Source: a virus | Taxonomy: Duplodnaviria; Caudoviricetes | Virus record (IMG/VR): IMGVR_UViG_3300028571_002227 | Coordinates: 1-57,879 of that record | Reading direction: 5' to 3' (one strand) | Length of the DNA: 57,879 nucleotides | Shown here: positions 27,675-37,094 of the stretch, piece after piece | How the letters are laid out: the number at the start of each line of letters is the position of its first letter | Position numbering within the stretch: the first letter of the stretch is position 1 | The notes under the pieces: model-generated | Databases searched by the model: none | Seen by the model: the letters and a program-made list of their open reading frames with translations, nothing else | What the model was told of the DNA's origin: nothing | Made by a program: the position numbers and the translations under genes

Positions 27675-28586
27675 TTATGTATTTGCAATCAAATAACCGG
27701 CATCAGGTCCAACCAAAAATGGGGTGTAGATGTCTGTTGCACGAATATATTTGATTTTGTTGCCTTCTTTTGTGTACTCATCAATATTGAGAGCATCTTT
27801 TTTCTTGACTGTATAGGCAAATGAAGGGTCATATTCTGTTCTTGAAGTTAAAGGTGGAACGTATGCTAGGACAATATTATTGCCCCAAACCTTGACAAAT
27901 TCGCCTTTTTCGTTGACAAAGACGGAGCGACCTACGACGATGTTTTCAATGTCAAAAATTTCTTTCATTAAATCGAGTGTAATTATTCTAGTTTTACTTG
28001 TGCTAACTAAATCCCTCAATTGTTTATTTTTCTTCAAGTTTTTGAACGCATCATATCCTAAAACCATGGTGTTTGGTTCTTGGGCAATTTTGCCGGCGAC
28101 TGCACTTTTGGCATCATCAATTACACCTTCAGGGTCTGATGTAGCACTAGAAAATTGACTGGTTCCCGAAAGAACTATTTTATTTTCAGTTGCATAATTA
28201 TCGGCATTTTGAACCAAATCTGCACATTGTTTTTCGTGTTTTAATTTCAATCCTTCTGTTACAACATTTGTTGCGTGCAGTTGCAGTTTGACGATTTTGG
28301 ATTCTTGCTCTTCCCTGTAATCCAAAGGATAGGCAAGGTCATGTTCTGTTAACGTTGTTGTCTTTTTAGTAAAACCTTTTGGCGATATTACATTTGAATT
28401 TGCACGAATACTACGCTCTGTATCGTAAACCTGAAAGGCTTCTTTGTTAAATTCAAAGATATCGACTTTTTCAAGTTCTGAATCAATTGTTGGAAACAAG
28501 TTGCCGGCAATGAATGCTGAATTTGAATACCCTCGGGCTACTTTTGAAAGGTAGGCATTAATTCTTAAATCTTCTAAACGTCCCAT
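27675..28586 (-). CDS. Major capsid protein
   Basis: LSKVARGYSN...FP...DPEGVI...PNTMVLG...AGYLI; after protease/scaffold. Confidence 0.88.
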   Translation of the reverse strand: MGRLEDLRINAYLSKVARGYSNSAFIAGNLFPTIDSELEKVDIFEFNKEAFQVYDTERSIRANSNVISPKGFTKKTTTLTEHDLAYPLDYREEQESKIVKLQLHATNVVTEGLKLKHEKQCADLVQNADNYATENKIVLSGTSQFSSATSDPEGVIDDAKSAVAGKIAQEPNTMVLGYDAFKNLKKNKQLRDLVSTSKTRIITLDLMKEIFDIENIVVGRSVFVNEKGEFVKVWGNNIVLAYVPPLTSRTEYDPSFAYTVKKKDALNIDEYTKEGNKIKYIRATDIYTPFLVGPDAGYLIANT

Positions 28587-28587
28587 T

Positions 28588-29565
28588 TTATACTCCTTTA
28601 TTTATTTGTAGCAGTGCATCTTTGAAATCGATGTTTTCTTTTTCCGCCAGTGCAGTAGCCTCGTTGAAAATCTCAAGACTTTCTTCACTCGCGTCTTTGA
28701 ACTCATCGTGGTCTACTTTTTGAGTGGTTGCTTTTTTCTTTGTAGCAACTTCTTCCAGTACGATTTGTTTTGGAAGTGCTGCGACAAAAGTTTTAAAATC
28801 TTCAACCGAATTAGAGGTTGCATCAAATTTTTTGACATTGTCTAATTCTTTGAATATTTTCAGTACAAGCTCTTTGTTGGCAGGAATCAAAATTCCTTTT
28901 TCAAGTTGCTTTTCGATAAAATTTTCAAACTCATTATCACGAACCTTGTTTTTTATATAATCGAGTTCTTTTTGAATCTCATCCTTATCATTGGACTTTT
29001 CCTTAAATGTTTCCAATTCCTTTGTAAGGTCTTCAACTTTTGTGTTCAAAGATTTAATTGTTTCGGTAGATTTTTCTTGCTGAGAAAAAGTTTTAATCTT
29101 GTCTTCAAGATTTTTTATTTCAATTTGAAGTTTAGCTACTTCGGCATCTTCTTCAGTATCTGCTTGAAATTCAAAAGTATAGGTATCGCTTTCGCCTTCT
29201 TTAAATTGAACAGCGTCCATTCCCTTAACTTGAGGAATGCCTGCCCCTAAGAACGAAACAGCTTTGAGGTAAGGTTTTTTGCCTTCAAGTTCTCGATAAA
29301 TTTCAACTGAAACCTTTCTATATTTGCCATCATTAACAAATACTTTCAAATCTTCTGTGACATCTTTGAACGATGCTTTTAAAACGCCTTTTTCTGCTTT
29401 TAAGCTTTCAACCCAACCAAATGCCGGCCCTGATTGTTCGTGGTCGAGGGTTATTGGTGCTTCGCAAAAACTTGGGTCGTAGTTTTTTGCTATTTCTTCT
29501 ATTTGTTCTTTGGTGAATTTTCCTTGAGGATATGTTCCTGATTTAAATACTTCAAAAAATTTCAT
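28588..29565 (-). CDS. Mu gpI-like prohead protease/scaffold
   Basis: FEVFKSG...APITLDH...AFGWV...YRKVSVE...VSFLGA..PQVKGM; coiled-coil C-terminus; start MKFFEV. Confidence 0.88.
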   Translation of the reverse strand: MKFFEVFKSGTYPQGKFTKEQIEEIAKNYDPSFCEAPITLDHEQSGPAFGWVESLKAEKGVLKASFKDVTEDLKVFVNDGKYRKVSVEIYRELEGKKPYLKAVSFLGAGIPQVKGMDAVQFKEGESDTYTFEFQADTEEDAEVAKLQIEIKNLEDKIKTFSQQEKSTETIKSLNTKVEDLTKELETFKEKSNDKDEIQKELDYIKNKVRDNEFENFIEKQLEKGILIPANKELVLKIFKELDNVKKFDATSNSVEDFKTFVAALPKQIVLEEVATKKKATTQKVDHDEFKDASEESLEIFNEATALAEKENIDFKDALLQINKGV

Positions 29566-29637
29566 CTTTAACCTTTCTTTGAATTTATGCGTGGAAAAGG
29601 TACAAGATGCGTAATGCACCTTATACCTTAACTTTTT

Positions 29638-29826
29638 TTATACTTCTAATCCTTGTTTCGTGATTAGCCTTAATCCTGTGTTAACAACGGTCAAACCGAT
29701 TGCTTGTGCCGTAGGGTCAAAAATAAAACCTGTTTGAGTTTGAACAATCAATCCGACTGCGGACAATATATTTACCCAAAATGTTTTTGACGACCAAAAC
29801 TTTTTCTTAGAATTTTCATCTGACAT
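29638..29826 (-). CDS. Small holin-like membrane protein
   Basis: KKFWSSKTFWVN...NTGLRLITKQ, two hydrophobic segments. Confidence 0.7.
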   Translation of the reverse strand: MSDENSKKKFWSSKTFWVNILSAVGLIVQTQTGFIFDPTAQAIGLTVVNTGLRLITKQGLEV

Positions 29827-29901
29827 AAATTTACCTCACTTAATTTCTTACTAATTCAAAAAATAATTTACTCTGTGAGTATAAGCGTTGTTTTCAGACG
29901 T

Positions 29902-29962
29902 TTTCAAATGACAATGTCAGAACTTTTGTCAGTGCCAAATTTTCTGACATTGTCATTTGAAA
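29902..29962. promoter_or_regulatory. Perfect 21-bp inverted repeat between divergent late operons (probable activator sites)
   Basis: TTTCAAATGACAATGTCAGAA-N19-TTCTGACATTGTCATTTGAAA; each arm holds dyad TGACAnTGTCA. Confidence 0.75.
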
Positions 29963-30041
29963 TTGGTAGTTCAAGGTTGCTATCCTAAGAATACCAGTCG
30001 AGTAAATCTCGCCTTTTCTTTTTGGCGATAAAGGAGCAATT

Positions 30042-30284
30042 ATGGAACTCAACCAATTTTTACCACTAATAGAGAACATTGGCTTTCCAGCTGTAGTCTT
30101 TGCTATTTGGTACATCTACCACAATTCTCAAGCGAAACTTTTTGAAAATATGATGAACCAAAATTTCACCATTTTAAAAGATTTACTTGAAACAAATCAG
30201 TATCATGCAGCATTGCTTTCGCGTGTTGAGAGCAAAATTGATAACAATTTGTGGTGCCCAATTTTAAAAAAAGAGGTTTCATAA
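30042..30284 (+). CDS. Small membrane protein, holin-like (YvrJ/BhlA-like)
   Basis: IENIGFPAVVFAIWY TM segment; RBS AAGGAG. Confidence 0.65.
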   Translation: MELNQFLPLIENIGFPAVVFAIWYIYHNSQAKLFENMMNQNFTILKDLLETNQYHAALLSRVESKIDNNLWCPILKKEVS

Positions 30285-30530
30285 ATGAATATGGAAAGAA
30301 TGCAATTAAAAGGTCTGTTGGTAGAATCTCAAAGGAAGTATAAGACCCTTGATACAGAAGCATCGGGATTGATTATTCTTATTCGCTCAGCCCTAAGTCC
30401 TTATCAAGAAGATATGACTAAATTGGAAATTGACAAAGTCAAAACCTATATTAATAGGTTAAATTTGGTTATTTTGGATTTGAAAGAATTGAAATCAAAA
30501 ATCGAAAAACTGGAGAGAGAATTTGAGTGA
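30285..30530 (+). CDS. Hypothetical coiled-coil phage protein
   Basis: In operon before terminase. Confidence 0.65.
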   Translation: MNMERMQLKGLLVESQRKYKTLDTEASGLIILIRSALSPYQEDMTKLEIDKVKTYINRLNLVILDLKELKSKIEKLEREFE

Positions 30531-30948
30531 TAAGTCCCTATACTTTAATGAAGCCGAAAGAGTTTACGTCTATGAACATTTGTCCATAGACGAAACGGCT
30601 GCGAAAGTGAATGTTGCTCCAAGAACAATTGCTAATTGGAAAGTAAAAGGTGATTGGGATACCAAAAGAAAAAAATATTTAAAATCAAAACAAGCTTTTC
30701 ATGAAGAATTATACGAATTTGCACGCAAACTTATGCGAGATATTAAAGCAGACTTAGAAGAAGGAAAAAAAGTTGATACTGGCAGGATGTACGCTTTTAC
30801 TCGTATGCTTCCGTTGATTACTAAAATTAAAGACTATGAAGAACTATCAACGCTTAAAGAAAAAGGTTCTGAAAACAAAGGTTTAACCAAAGAATTAATT
30901 AGAACGATCGAAGAAGAAATTTTGGGAATGAAGCCAAATGAACAATAA
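30523..30948 (+). CDS. Terminase small subunit-like HTH protein (DUF1804-like)
   Basis: AERVYV...IDETAAKVNVAPRTIANWK..GDWD; precedes terL. Confidence 0.75.
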   Translation: MSDKSLYFNEAERVYVYEHLSIDETAAKVNVAPRTIANWKVKGDWDTKRKKYLKSKQAFHEELYEFARKLMRDIKADLEEGKKVDTGRMYAFTRMLPLITKIKDYEELSTLKEKGSENKGLTKELIRTIEEEILGMKPNEQ

Positions 30949-32302
30949 TCAAAAAACATTAACGACCACAGCATTCTTCTTGCCCTATCAACAACGATGG
31001 CTGAGTGACAATTCTCCGATTAAAATTTGGGAGAAATCAAGACGTATCGGTGCCACCTACGTTCAAAGTTATGAAGATGTCCGAGATTGCGTTTCAAAAG
31101 CAGTTCCTGCTGTTTGGTTTTCATCCGCTGATGAAAGTGCTGCAAAAGAATATATTTCATATTGTGAGATGTGGGTTAAGCTTTTTCATGTTGCGGCAAA
31201 ATCAATGGGCGAAGTTGTTATAGATTCTGAGAAAGATGTTAAAGCCCTTGTGATTGAATTTGCGAACGGAACTAAAATCCACGCATTAAGCTCCAACCCT
31301 AAAGGTTTTAGAAGTAAGGGTGGAAAAGTTGTTTTAGATGAATTTGCACACCACAATAATCCTTGGGAACTTTGGAAAGCGGCGAAGCCTTGCGTTACTT
31401 GGGGCTTTCCTCTTCGGATTTTATCTACTCATAACGGACAGAGCTGCCTGTTTTTCAAGTTTATACAACAAGTTTTAAAAGGAATTTTAAAATGGGCGTT
31501 GCATAAAACGCCTGTACAATTGGCGGTTTTAGAGGGACTTGTAGATAAAATTTATGGCAGAAAAACAACAGAAGAAGAACGTCAGGCTTGGCTTGATGAA
31601 CAGAGGGCAAATTGTTTTGATGAATATACTTGGTTGCAGGAATATTGTTGCGAGGCAATTGACGAGGCCTGTGCATTCCTGCCATATGACTTGATTGCTC
31701 CTTGTGAATATATTGATGTCTTAAAATCACTTGATGAAATCACGAACGATTTGTACGCAGGAATGGATATCGGTAGAAAGAAAGACTTGACTGTGATTTG
31801 GGTGTTAGAAGTTTTTGAGAAAACAAAATACACAAGAAAAGTTGAGATTTTAGAAAAAACTCCATTCCATATTCAGGAAGAAATTTTATCAAGCATATTA
31901 ATGCACCCAAAAATGAGACGTTGTTGTATCGATTCCACTGGACTTGGAATGCAACTAGCTGAATCAGCACAAAGAAAGTTCGGAAAATATCGAGTAGAAG
32001 CGATTACGTTTACAAATAAAATCAAGGAGGCACTTGCTTACAATGTAAGGACAAATTTTGAAGACAAATCTGTATACGTCCCAGCGGAGCAAGAAGTTAG
32101 AGAGGATTTGCACTCGGTAAGGAGGCAAACTACCGATGCAGGAAATATTCGATTTGATGTTGAAAAATCTGATGCCTCAGGTCACGCCGATAGGTTTTGG
32201 GCTTTAGGGCTTGCCCTGCACGCAGTCGAAACGAATAGTGGACCTATAAATATTTCAACAAGGAAAAGGCGAGAGGCATTAGAAATGACGAAAACGTTCT
32301 GA
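30938..32302 (+). CDS. Terminase large subunit (Mu gp28-like)
   Basis: LPYQ, EKSRRIGAT, VVLDEFA, ILSTHNG, GMDIGR, IDSTGLG, HADRFWA. Confidence 0.93.
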   Translation: MNNNQKTLTTTAFFLPYQQRWLSDNSPIKIWEKSRRIGATYVQSYEDVRDCVSKAVPAVWFSSADESAAKEYISYCEMWVKLFHVAAKSMGEVVIDSEKDVKALVIEFANGTKIHALSSNPKGFRSKGGKVVLDEFAHHNNPWELWKAAKPCVTWGFPLRILSTHNGQSCLFFKFIQQVLKGILKWALHKTPVQLAVLEGLVDKIYGRKTTEEERQAWLDEQRANCFDEYTWLQEYCCEAIDEACAFLPYDLIAPCEYIDVLKSLDEITNDLYAGMDIGRKKDLTVIWVLEVFEKTKYTRKVEILEKTPFHIQEEILSSILMHPKMRRCCIDSTGLGMQLAESAQRKFGKYRVEAITFTNKIKEALAYNVRTNFEDKSVYVPAEQEVREDLHSVRRQTTDAGNIRFDVEKSDASGHADRFWALGLALHAVETNSGPINISTRKRREALEMTKTF

Positions 32303-32426
32303 GCCGTTTTAATGAGCGTGTTTGAATTTTACTACCCAATGTAGCAAGCCAACCCCAAAGATTGAGTACAGGAAAATTTAAACGGTTATTAAACGGGGTT
32401 ACGAACAAACTTTAGAAAGAAAAAAT

Positions 32427-33875
32427 ATGGAAAACAATTTATTAGAAAATAAAAATACAAAACAAGGACTCGCAGATGAAATTGCGACAAGAAAACGTTC
32501 GTTAAATTTTTATTCTTTAGGATATATGTTACCCGACCCTGATCCTGTTTTGAGAAAACAGGGCAAAGATATGAAAGTTTACAGAGAATTACTTTGTGAT
32601 GCTCACGTTTTTGCCTGTACCCAATCAAGAAAAGCGGGAGTTTTATCTCTCGAATGGGATATAAATCGAGGAACGGATAAAGACCAAAATGCACAAAAAA
32701 TAGAAGATTTATTAAAAGGTTTGGATATTTATCAGCTTATTAACGATATTCTTGAAGCATCATTCTTTGGTTTTCAACCGATTGAAATTTTGTGGCAGAA
32801 GATTGATAATCTAGTTTTGCCATCGGCACTTGTTGCAAAACCGCCTGAATGGTTTTGCTATGATGATGAGAATAATTTAAAATTTAGAACCAAAGAAAAT
32901 TATTGGGGAGAAGAATTGCCGGACAAAAAATTCCTTTGCCCACAATCAAACGCAAGCTATGATAATCCTTATGGAGAAAGAGTTCTTTCAAGAGTTTTCT
33001 GGCCCGTTACATTTAAAAAAGGCGGTTTGAAATTTTGGGTTTTATTCAGCGAAAAATACGGAATTCCATATTTAATCGGCAAACATCCAAGAGGTGCATC
33101 AAAAGAAGAAACTGATACGTTGGCTGATTTGCTTGAAAGTATGATTCAGGACGCAATTGCGGTTATACCTGATGATAGCTCTGTTGAAATTATGGAAGCT
33201 GATAAATCATCCTCTGCTGAAATATTTGACAAATTAATTGATAAGATGAATGCAGAAATATCAAAAGCAATTCTTGGACAAACGCTTACAACTGAAATTG
33301 GAAGCACCGGCAGCTATGCCGCAAGTCAAACTCACATGAGTGTAAGACAGGATATTATTGATTCGGATAAAAAAATCGTTGAAAAAACTATTAATCAACT
33401 AATCAAATGGATTTATGAGCTTAATTTTCCCAATCAGGATATTCCTCAGTTCGAAATGTATGAAATTGAGGATGTTGATTTGAACCTTGCTCAAAGAGAC
33501 AAAGTTCTTGTTGATTGTGGAGTGAAATTTACAAAAAAATATTTCATCAAAAATTATGGATTTGACGAAGAAGATATAGAAATTGCGGAAGTTAGTAAAA
33601 CATCAGCCTTTAAGCAGTTTAATGAAACAAAAGACGAAGAAGCAGGACAGGATGAAATTGACGGATTGTTTGATTTGATTTCTGAAGAAGAACTTCAGGC
33701 AATTTCAAAAGATACTTTAAATCCGCTTCTTAAATTGCTTTCAAAATGCAAAACTGAAGAAGATTTTAAAAAGGTCCTAGATGACAAAAACCTAAAAACA
33801 GAAATGTTTGAAGAAGTTTTATCAAAAGCACTTTTCCTGTGCGAAGCACAAGGGAGGTACGATGGACTTGAATAA
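32427..33875 (+). CDS. Portal protein (Mu gp29/DUF935)
   Basis: NPYGE..LSRVFWP...EKYGIP...ISKAILGQTLTT...GSYAA. Confidence 0.93.
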   Translation: MENNLLENKNTKQGLADEIATRKRSLNFYSLGYMLPDPDPVLRKQGKDMKVYRELLCDAHVFACTQSRKAGVLSLEWDINRGTDKDQNAQKIEDLLKGLDIYQLINDILEASFFGFQPIEILWQKIDNLVLPSALVAKPPEWFCYDDENNLKFRTKENYWGEELPDKKFLCPQSNASYDNPYGERVLSRVFWPVTFKKGGLKFWVLFSEKYGIPYLIGKHPRGASKEETDTLADLLESMIQDAIAVIPDDSSVEIMEADKSSSAEIFDKLIDKMNAEISKAILGQTLTTEIGSTGSYAASQTHMSVRQDIIDSDKKIVEKTINQLIKWIYELNFPNQDIPQFEMYEIEDVDLNLAQRDKVLVDCGVKFTKKYFIKNYGFDEEDIEIAEVSKTSAFKQFNETKDEEAGQDEIDGLFDLISEEELQAISKDTLNPLLKLLSKCKTEEDFKKVLDDKNLKTEMFEEVLSKALFLCEAQGRYDGLE

Positions 33876-34998
33876 ACCCCAATTGAACCCAAGTCAACTA
33901 AAATTCTTTGATATGTTTTCAGGTATCGGCGGATTTAAAATCGCTTTAGAGAGAGCAGGTTTTAAATGTATCGGATACTGTGACAATGATAAATATGCAA
34001 CAAAATTGTATCGGGAATTTTTTAACACAGAAGAGGAGATGTACTTCGATGATGCAACAACAATCAGAACCGATGAATTGCCGGACTTTGATATCCTGTG
34101 TGCAGGATTTCCTTGCCAAGCTTTCTCTATTGCAGGAAAAAGACGAGGCTTTAGCGAGTCCAGAGGCACAATGTTTTTTGAAGTCGCAAGGATTTTGCGA
34201 GACAAAAAACCCAAATATTTTATACTCGAAAATGTTAAAGGGCTACTTAACCACGAGCGTGGAGGAACTTTTGCAACTATCGTTAAAATTCTCACCGACC
34301 TTGGGTATTCAACTCAATGGCAGGTTCTTAATTCTAAGTTCTTCGGCATACCTCAAAACAGGGAAAGAGTGCTCCTTGTCGGATGTCTTACAGGAGAATG
34401 TATCGGAAAAGTATTTCCTATCGCCTCAAATGATGCAAAAAATATTAGTAACTTAAATACAATTGCCATTACCAAAAGAAAATCGCAAGGCAATAGAGTT
34501 TACTCGACAGACGGAATAAGTTCCTGCCTTACGTCGAATGGTGGCGGTCAAGGCGGTAAAACAGGACTATATTTTATTAATAAACCGAGATTTGATACCT
34601 ATAAAGCCTCAGATATTGTTCAAACTTTGAAAGTCGCCGGTGACACGCCTTTAATGAGGGTAAAAAATGGTACTAAAAAAGGCTATGATGAAGCACTTGT
34701 TGGTGACGGAATAAATTTAGCCTATCCACAAAGTGCCACAAGAAGAGGTAGAGTCGGCAGAAAAGTCTCACAAACTTTGGATACCCACTGTAATATGGGG
34801 ACTATTGATAATTTCAGGATAAGAAGATTAACCCCTCTTGAATGTTTCAGACTTCAAGGATTCCCTGATGCAATGGTTAAAAAAGCATATGAGCTTAAGA
34901 TTTCTGATGCACAATTATACAAAATGGCAGGAAATGCTGTAACCGTAAACACCGTTTATGCAGTTGCTAAGAGAGTCGCGGAGGTGGAAAATGCCTGA
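33862..34998 (+). CDS. dcm: DNA (cytosine-5) methyltransferase
   Basis: FSGIGG, GFPCQ, ENVKG, QNRER, RRLTPLECFRLQGF, GNAV; start MDLNKP after GGGAGG. Confidence 0.93.
   Translation: MDLNKPQLNPSQLKFFDMFSGIGGFKIALERAGFKCIGYCDNDKYATKLYREFFNTEEEMYFDDATTIRTDELPDFDILCAGFPCQAFSIAGKRRGFSESRGTMFFEVARILRDKKPKYFILENVKGLLNHERGGTFATIVKILTDLGYSTQWQVLNSKFFGIPQNRERVLLVGCLTGECIGKVFPIASNDAKNISNLNTIAITKRKSQGNRVYSTDGISSCLTSNGGGQGGKTGLYFINKPRFDTYKASDIVQTLKVAGDTPLMRVKNGTKKGYDEALVGDGINLAYPQSATRRGRVGRKVSQTLDTHCNMGTIDNFRIRRLTPLECFRLQGFPDAMVKKAYELKISDAQLYKMAGNAVTVNTVYAVAKRVAEVENA
34049..34456 (+). CDS. Overlapping out-of-frame beta polypeptide of the C5 methyltransferase (M.EcoHK31I-beta-like)
   Basis: Nested ORF with RBS GAGGAG at 34033-34038; SKMLKG...GKECSLSDVLQENVSEKYFLS. 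Confidence 0.7.
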   Translation: MMQQQSEPMNCRTLISCVQDFLAKLSLLQEKDEALASPEAQCFLKSQGFCETKNPNILYSKMLKGYLTTSVEELLQLSLKFSPTLGIQLNGRFLILSSSAYLKTGKECSLSDVLQENVSEKYFLSPQMMQKILVT

Positions 34999-35740
34999 TT
35001 TAAAAGCAATATTCAAACTATCGCCATCAATGGCTATAAAATATTTCAAGAACAAAAACAATGAACTTTCTTGGGATTGGCACGAAGTTTGGCAGTCCGC
35101 ACATCAAAAATCTTTCACAGTTGCCAAATTAATGAATGAAAACATCCTGCAAGATATCAGAGATTCTCTTGATAAAGCACTTGCTGAAGGTCAAACTTTT
35201 CAACAGTTTCAAAAGGAACTCAAACCAACTCTTCAGAAAAAAGGTTGGTGGGGCGAGCAATTTGTCGGAGATTCAGAGGGCAACATTGAGCACGTCCAAA
35301 TGGGTTCCTTGAGTCGATTAAAAACGATTTATCAAATTAATATGCAGACTTCTTATATGACCGGCAGATATAAAACTCAGCTTGATAATGCCGACAACAG
35401 ACCATACTGGCAATATGTTGCCGTGATGGATAAAAGAACACGCCCCGAACATGCGGAACTTAACGAGCGAACCTTTAGATATGATGACCCGTTTTGGAAC
35501 AGTTTTTATCCACCTAACGGCTGGCGTTGCAGATGTAGGGTAAGAGCACTGGCTAGCGATGATTTGAATGGAATTGAAGCGGACGATTCCAAAGGGCAAC
35601 TGTCAGAGGAGATGCAATTGGTTTCTAAGAAAACAGGAGAAATGAAGCTGGTAACGATTTATACAGACCCTTTAACCAATCACAAAATTGCCCCCGATGT
35701 TGGGTGGAGTTATAACCCCGGAAAAGATAATGCCATTTAA
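34991..35740 (+). CDS. Mu gpF-like minor head protein
   Basis: FTVAK...RLKTIY..N...WQYVAVMDKRTRPEH...PPNGWRCRC. Confidence 0.92.
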   Translation: MPDLKAIFKLSPSMAIKYFKNKNNELSWDWHEVWQSAHQKSFTVAKLMNENILQDIRDSLDKALAEGQTFQQFQKELKPTLQKKGWWGEQFVGDSEGNIEHVQMGSLSRLKTIYQINMQTSYMTGRYKTQLDNADNRPYWQYVAVMDKRTRPEHAELNERTFRYDDPFWNSFYPPNGWRCRCRVRALASDDLNGIEADDSKGQLSEEMQLVSKKTGEMKLVTIYTDPLTNHKIAPDVGWSYNPGKDNAI

Positions 35741-35798
35741 TAATTTTATAAATGGCGATTAATAATAGATTAAATAGCGTTTAAACAGGAGAAAATTT

Positions 35799-36614
35799 AT
35801 GACAATTGACAAAAAACACTTATTGAATTGGGTCGGTGGAAAAAGATTATTGCGAAAAACTATCGCACCACTTATACCCAAAGACCTTATTTCTTACATT
35901 GAACCTTTCGGAGGAGGTGGTTGGATACTTTTTTATAAAGACAGATGGGCCGATTTGGAAATTTATAATGACTTAGATGGAAGACTTGTTAATCTTTTCA
36001 GAATTGTAAAATACCACCCGGAAGCACTAAAAGAAGAGTTAAAATACTTACTTGGTTCTCGTGAAATGTTTATGCAATTTTTAAATGCTGTTCCTTATAC
36101 GGATATCCAAAAAGCAGTACAATTCTTATTTTTAATTACCCGCTCTTTTGGGGGCAGAGGTGGGACATATGGCACAGTTAAAAAATCTTCAGGCGGGGCT
36201 AGCAAAAGCCAAAGAAATATTCTATCTAAGATAGATTCAATCCACGAAAGATTAGACAAGGTTTTAGTCGAAAACAGAGACTTTGAAAAACTGATTAAAC
36301 AATACGACCACGAAGGTGCATTTTTCTATTGTGATCCTCCATATACTTTCGGCTGTGGGTATGAAGTTACTTCAACAGAAGGATTCGCCCACGAAAGATT
36401 GAGAGACCTTTTGAAAAATATTCAGGGCCGATTCTTGCTTTCTTACGATGACAGCCCCAAGGTGCGTGAATTATACAAAGGCTTCGAAATGATTGCCATT
36501 GAACGATTAAACGGAATCAACAACAAAGGTGGCGACAGAAAAAATAAAATGTTCAAAGAACTTTTAATTGCAAATTATCCAATTGAGGACTTATTTAATG
36601 GACGAACCAATTGA
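35799..36614 (+). CDS. dam: DNA adenine methyltransferase (Dam/D12 class)
   Basis: WVGGK, YIEPFGGGG, YNDLD, DPPY. Confidence 0.9.
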   Translation: MTIDKKHLLNWVGGKRLLRKTIAPLIPKDLISYIEPFGGGGWILFYKDRWADLEIYNDLDGRLVNLFRIVKYHPEALKEELKYLLGSREMFMQFLNAVPYTDIQKAVQFLFLITRSFGGRGGTYGTVKKSSGGASKSQRNILSKIDSIHERLDKVLVENRDFEKLIKQYDHEGAFFYCDPPYTFGCGYEVTSTEGFAHERLRDLLKNIQGRFLLSYDDSPKVRELYKGFEMIAIERLNGINNKGGDRKNKMFKELLIANYPIEDLFNGRTN

Positions 36615-37044
36615 AATAAAAATAGATGACAAAGAGCTTAATCAAGTATTGGATAGGCTCTTTGAAAAGACTTCTGACTTAAGACCGCTAATGAAAAACA
36701 TCGCAGGTATTATGGCTGATTCTGTGGAAGAAAATTTCAAACAAGAGGGACGACCAGAGAAGTGGGCAGAATTAGCTGAATCCACGATCAAGCAAAGAAA
36801 GAAAAAAGGATACTGGCCAGGGAAGATTTTGCAAATGCGAGGCGAACTTGCAGCATCAATTACAAGCGAAGACAGCGAAAATTTAGCCATTGTCGGAACA
36901 AACAAAGCCTATGCCGCAATTCATCAATTTGGTGGGGAGGCAGGAAGAAATAAAAAAACAAAAATAGAAGCGCGACCTTATTTAAAATTAACGAAAAATG
37001 ACATAAATACGATTCTAAATATATCAACTAAACATTTAAAATGA
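36598..37044 (+). CDS. Mu gpG-like virion morphogenesis protein
   Basis: NFKQEGRP.KW...VGTNKAYAAIHQFGG...IEARPYL. Confidence 0.9.
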   Translation: MDEPIEIKIDDKELNQVLDRLFEKTSDLRPLMKNIAGIMADSVEENFKQEGRPEKWAELAESTIKQRKKKGYWPGKILQMRGELAASITSEDSENLAIVGTNKAYAAIHQFGGEAGRNKKTKIEARPYLKLTKNDINTILNISTKHLK

Positions 37045-37094
37045 ATAGTTTTCTCTCTAAACATAAAATAGGACTGTAGTATAAAGGAGAAAAA

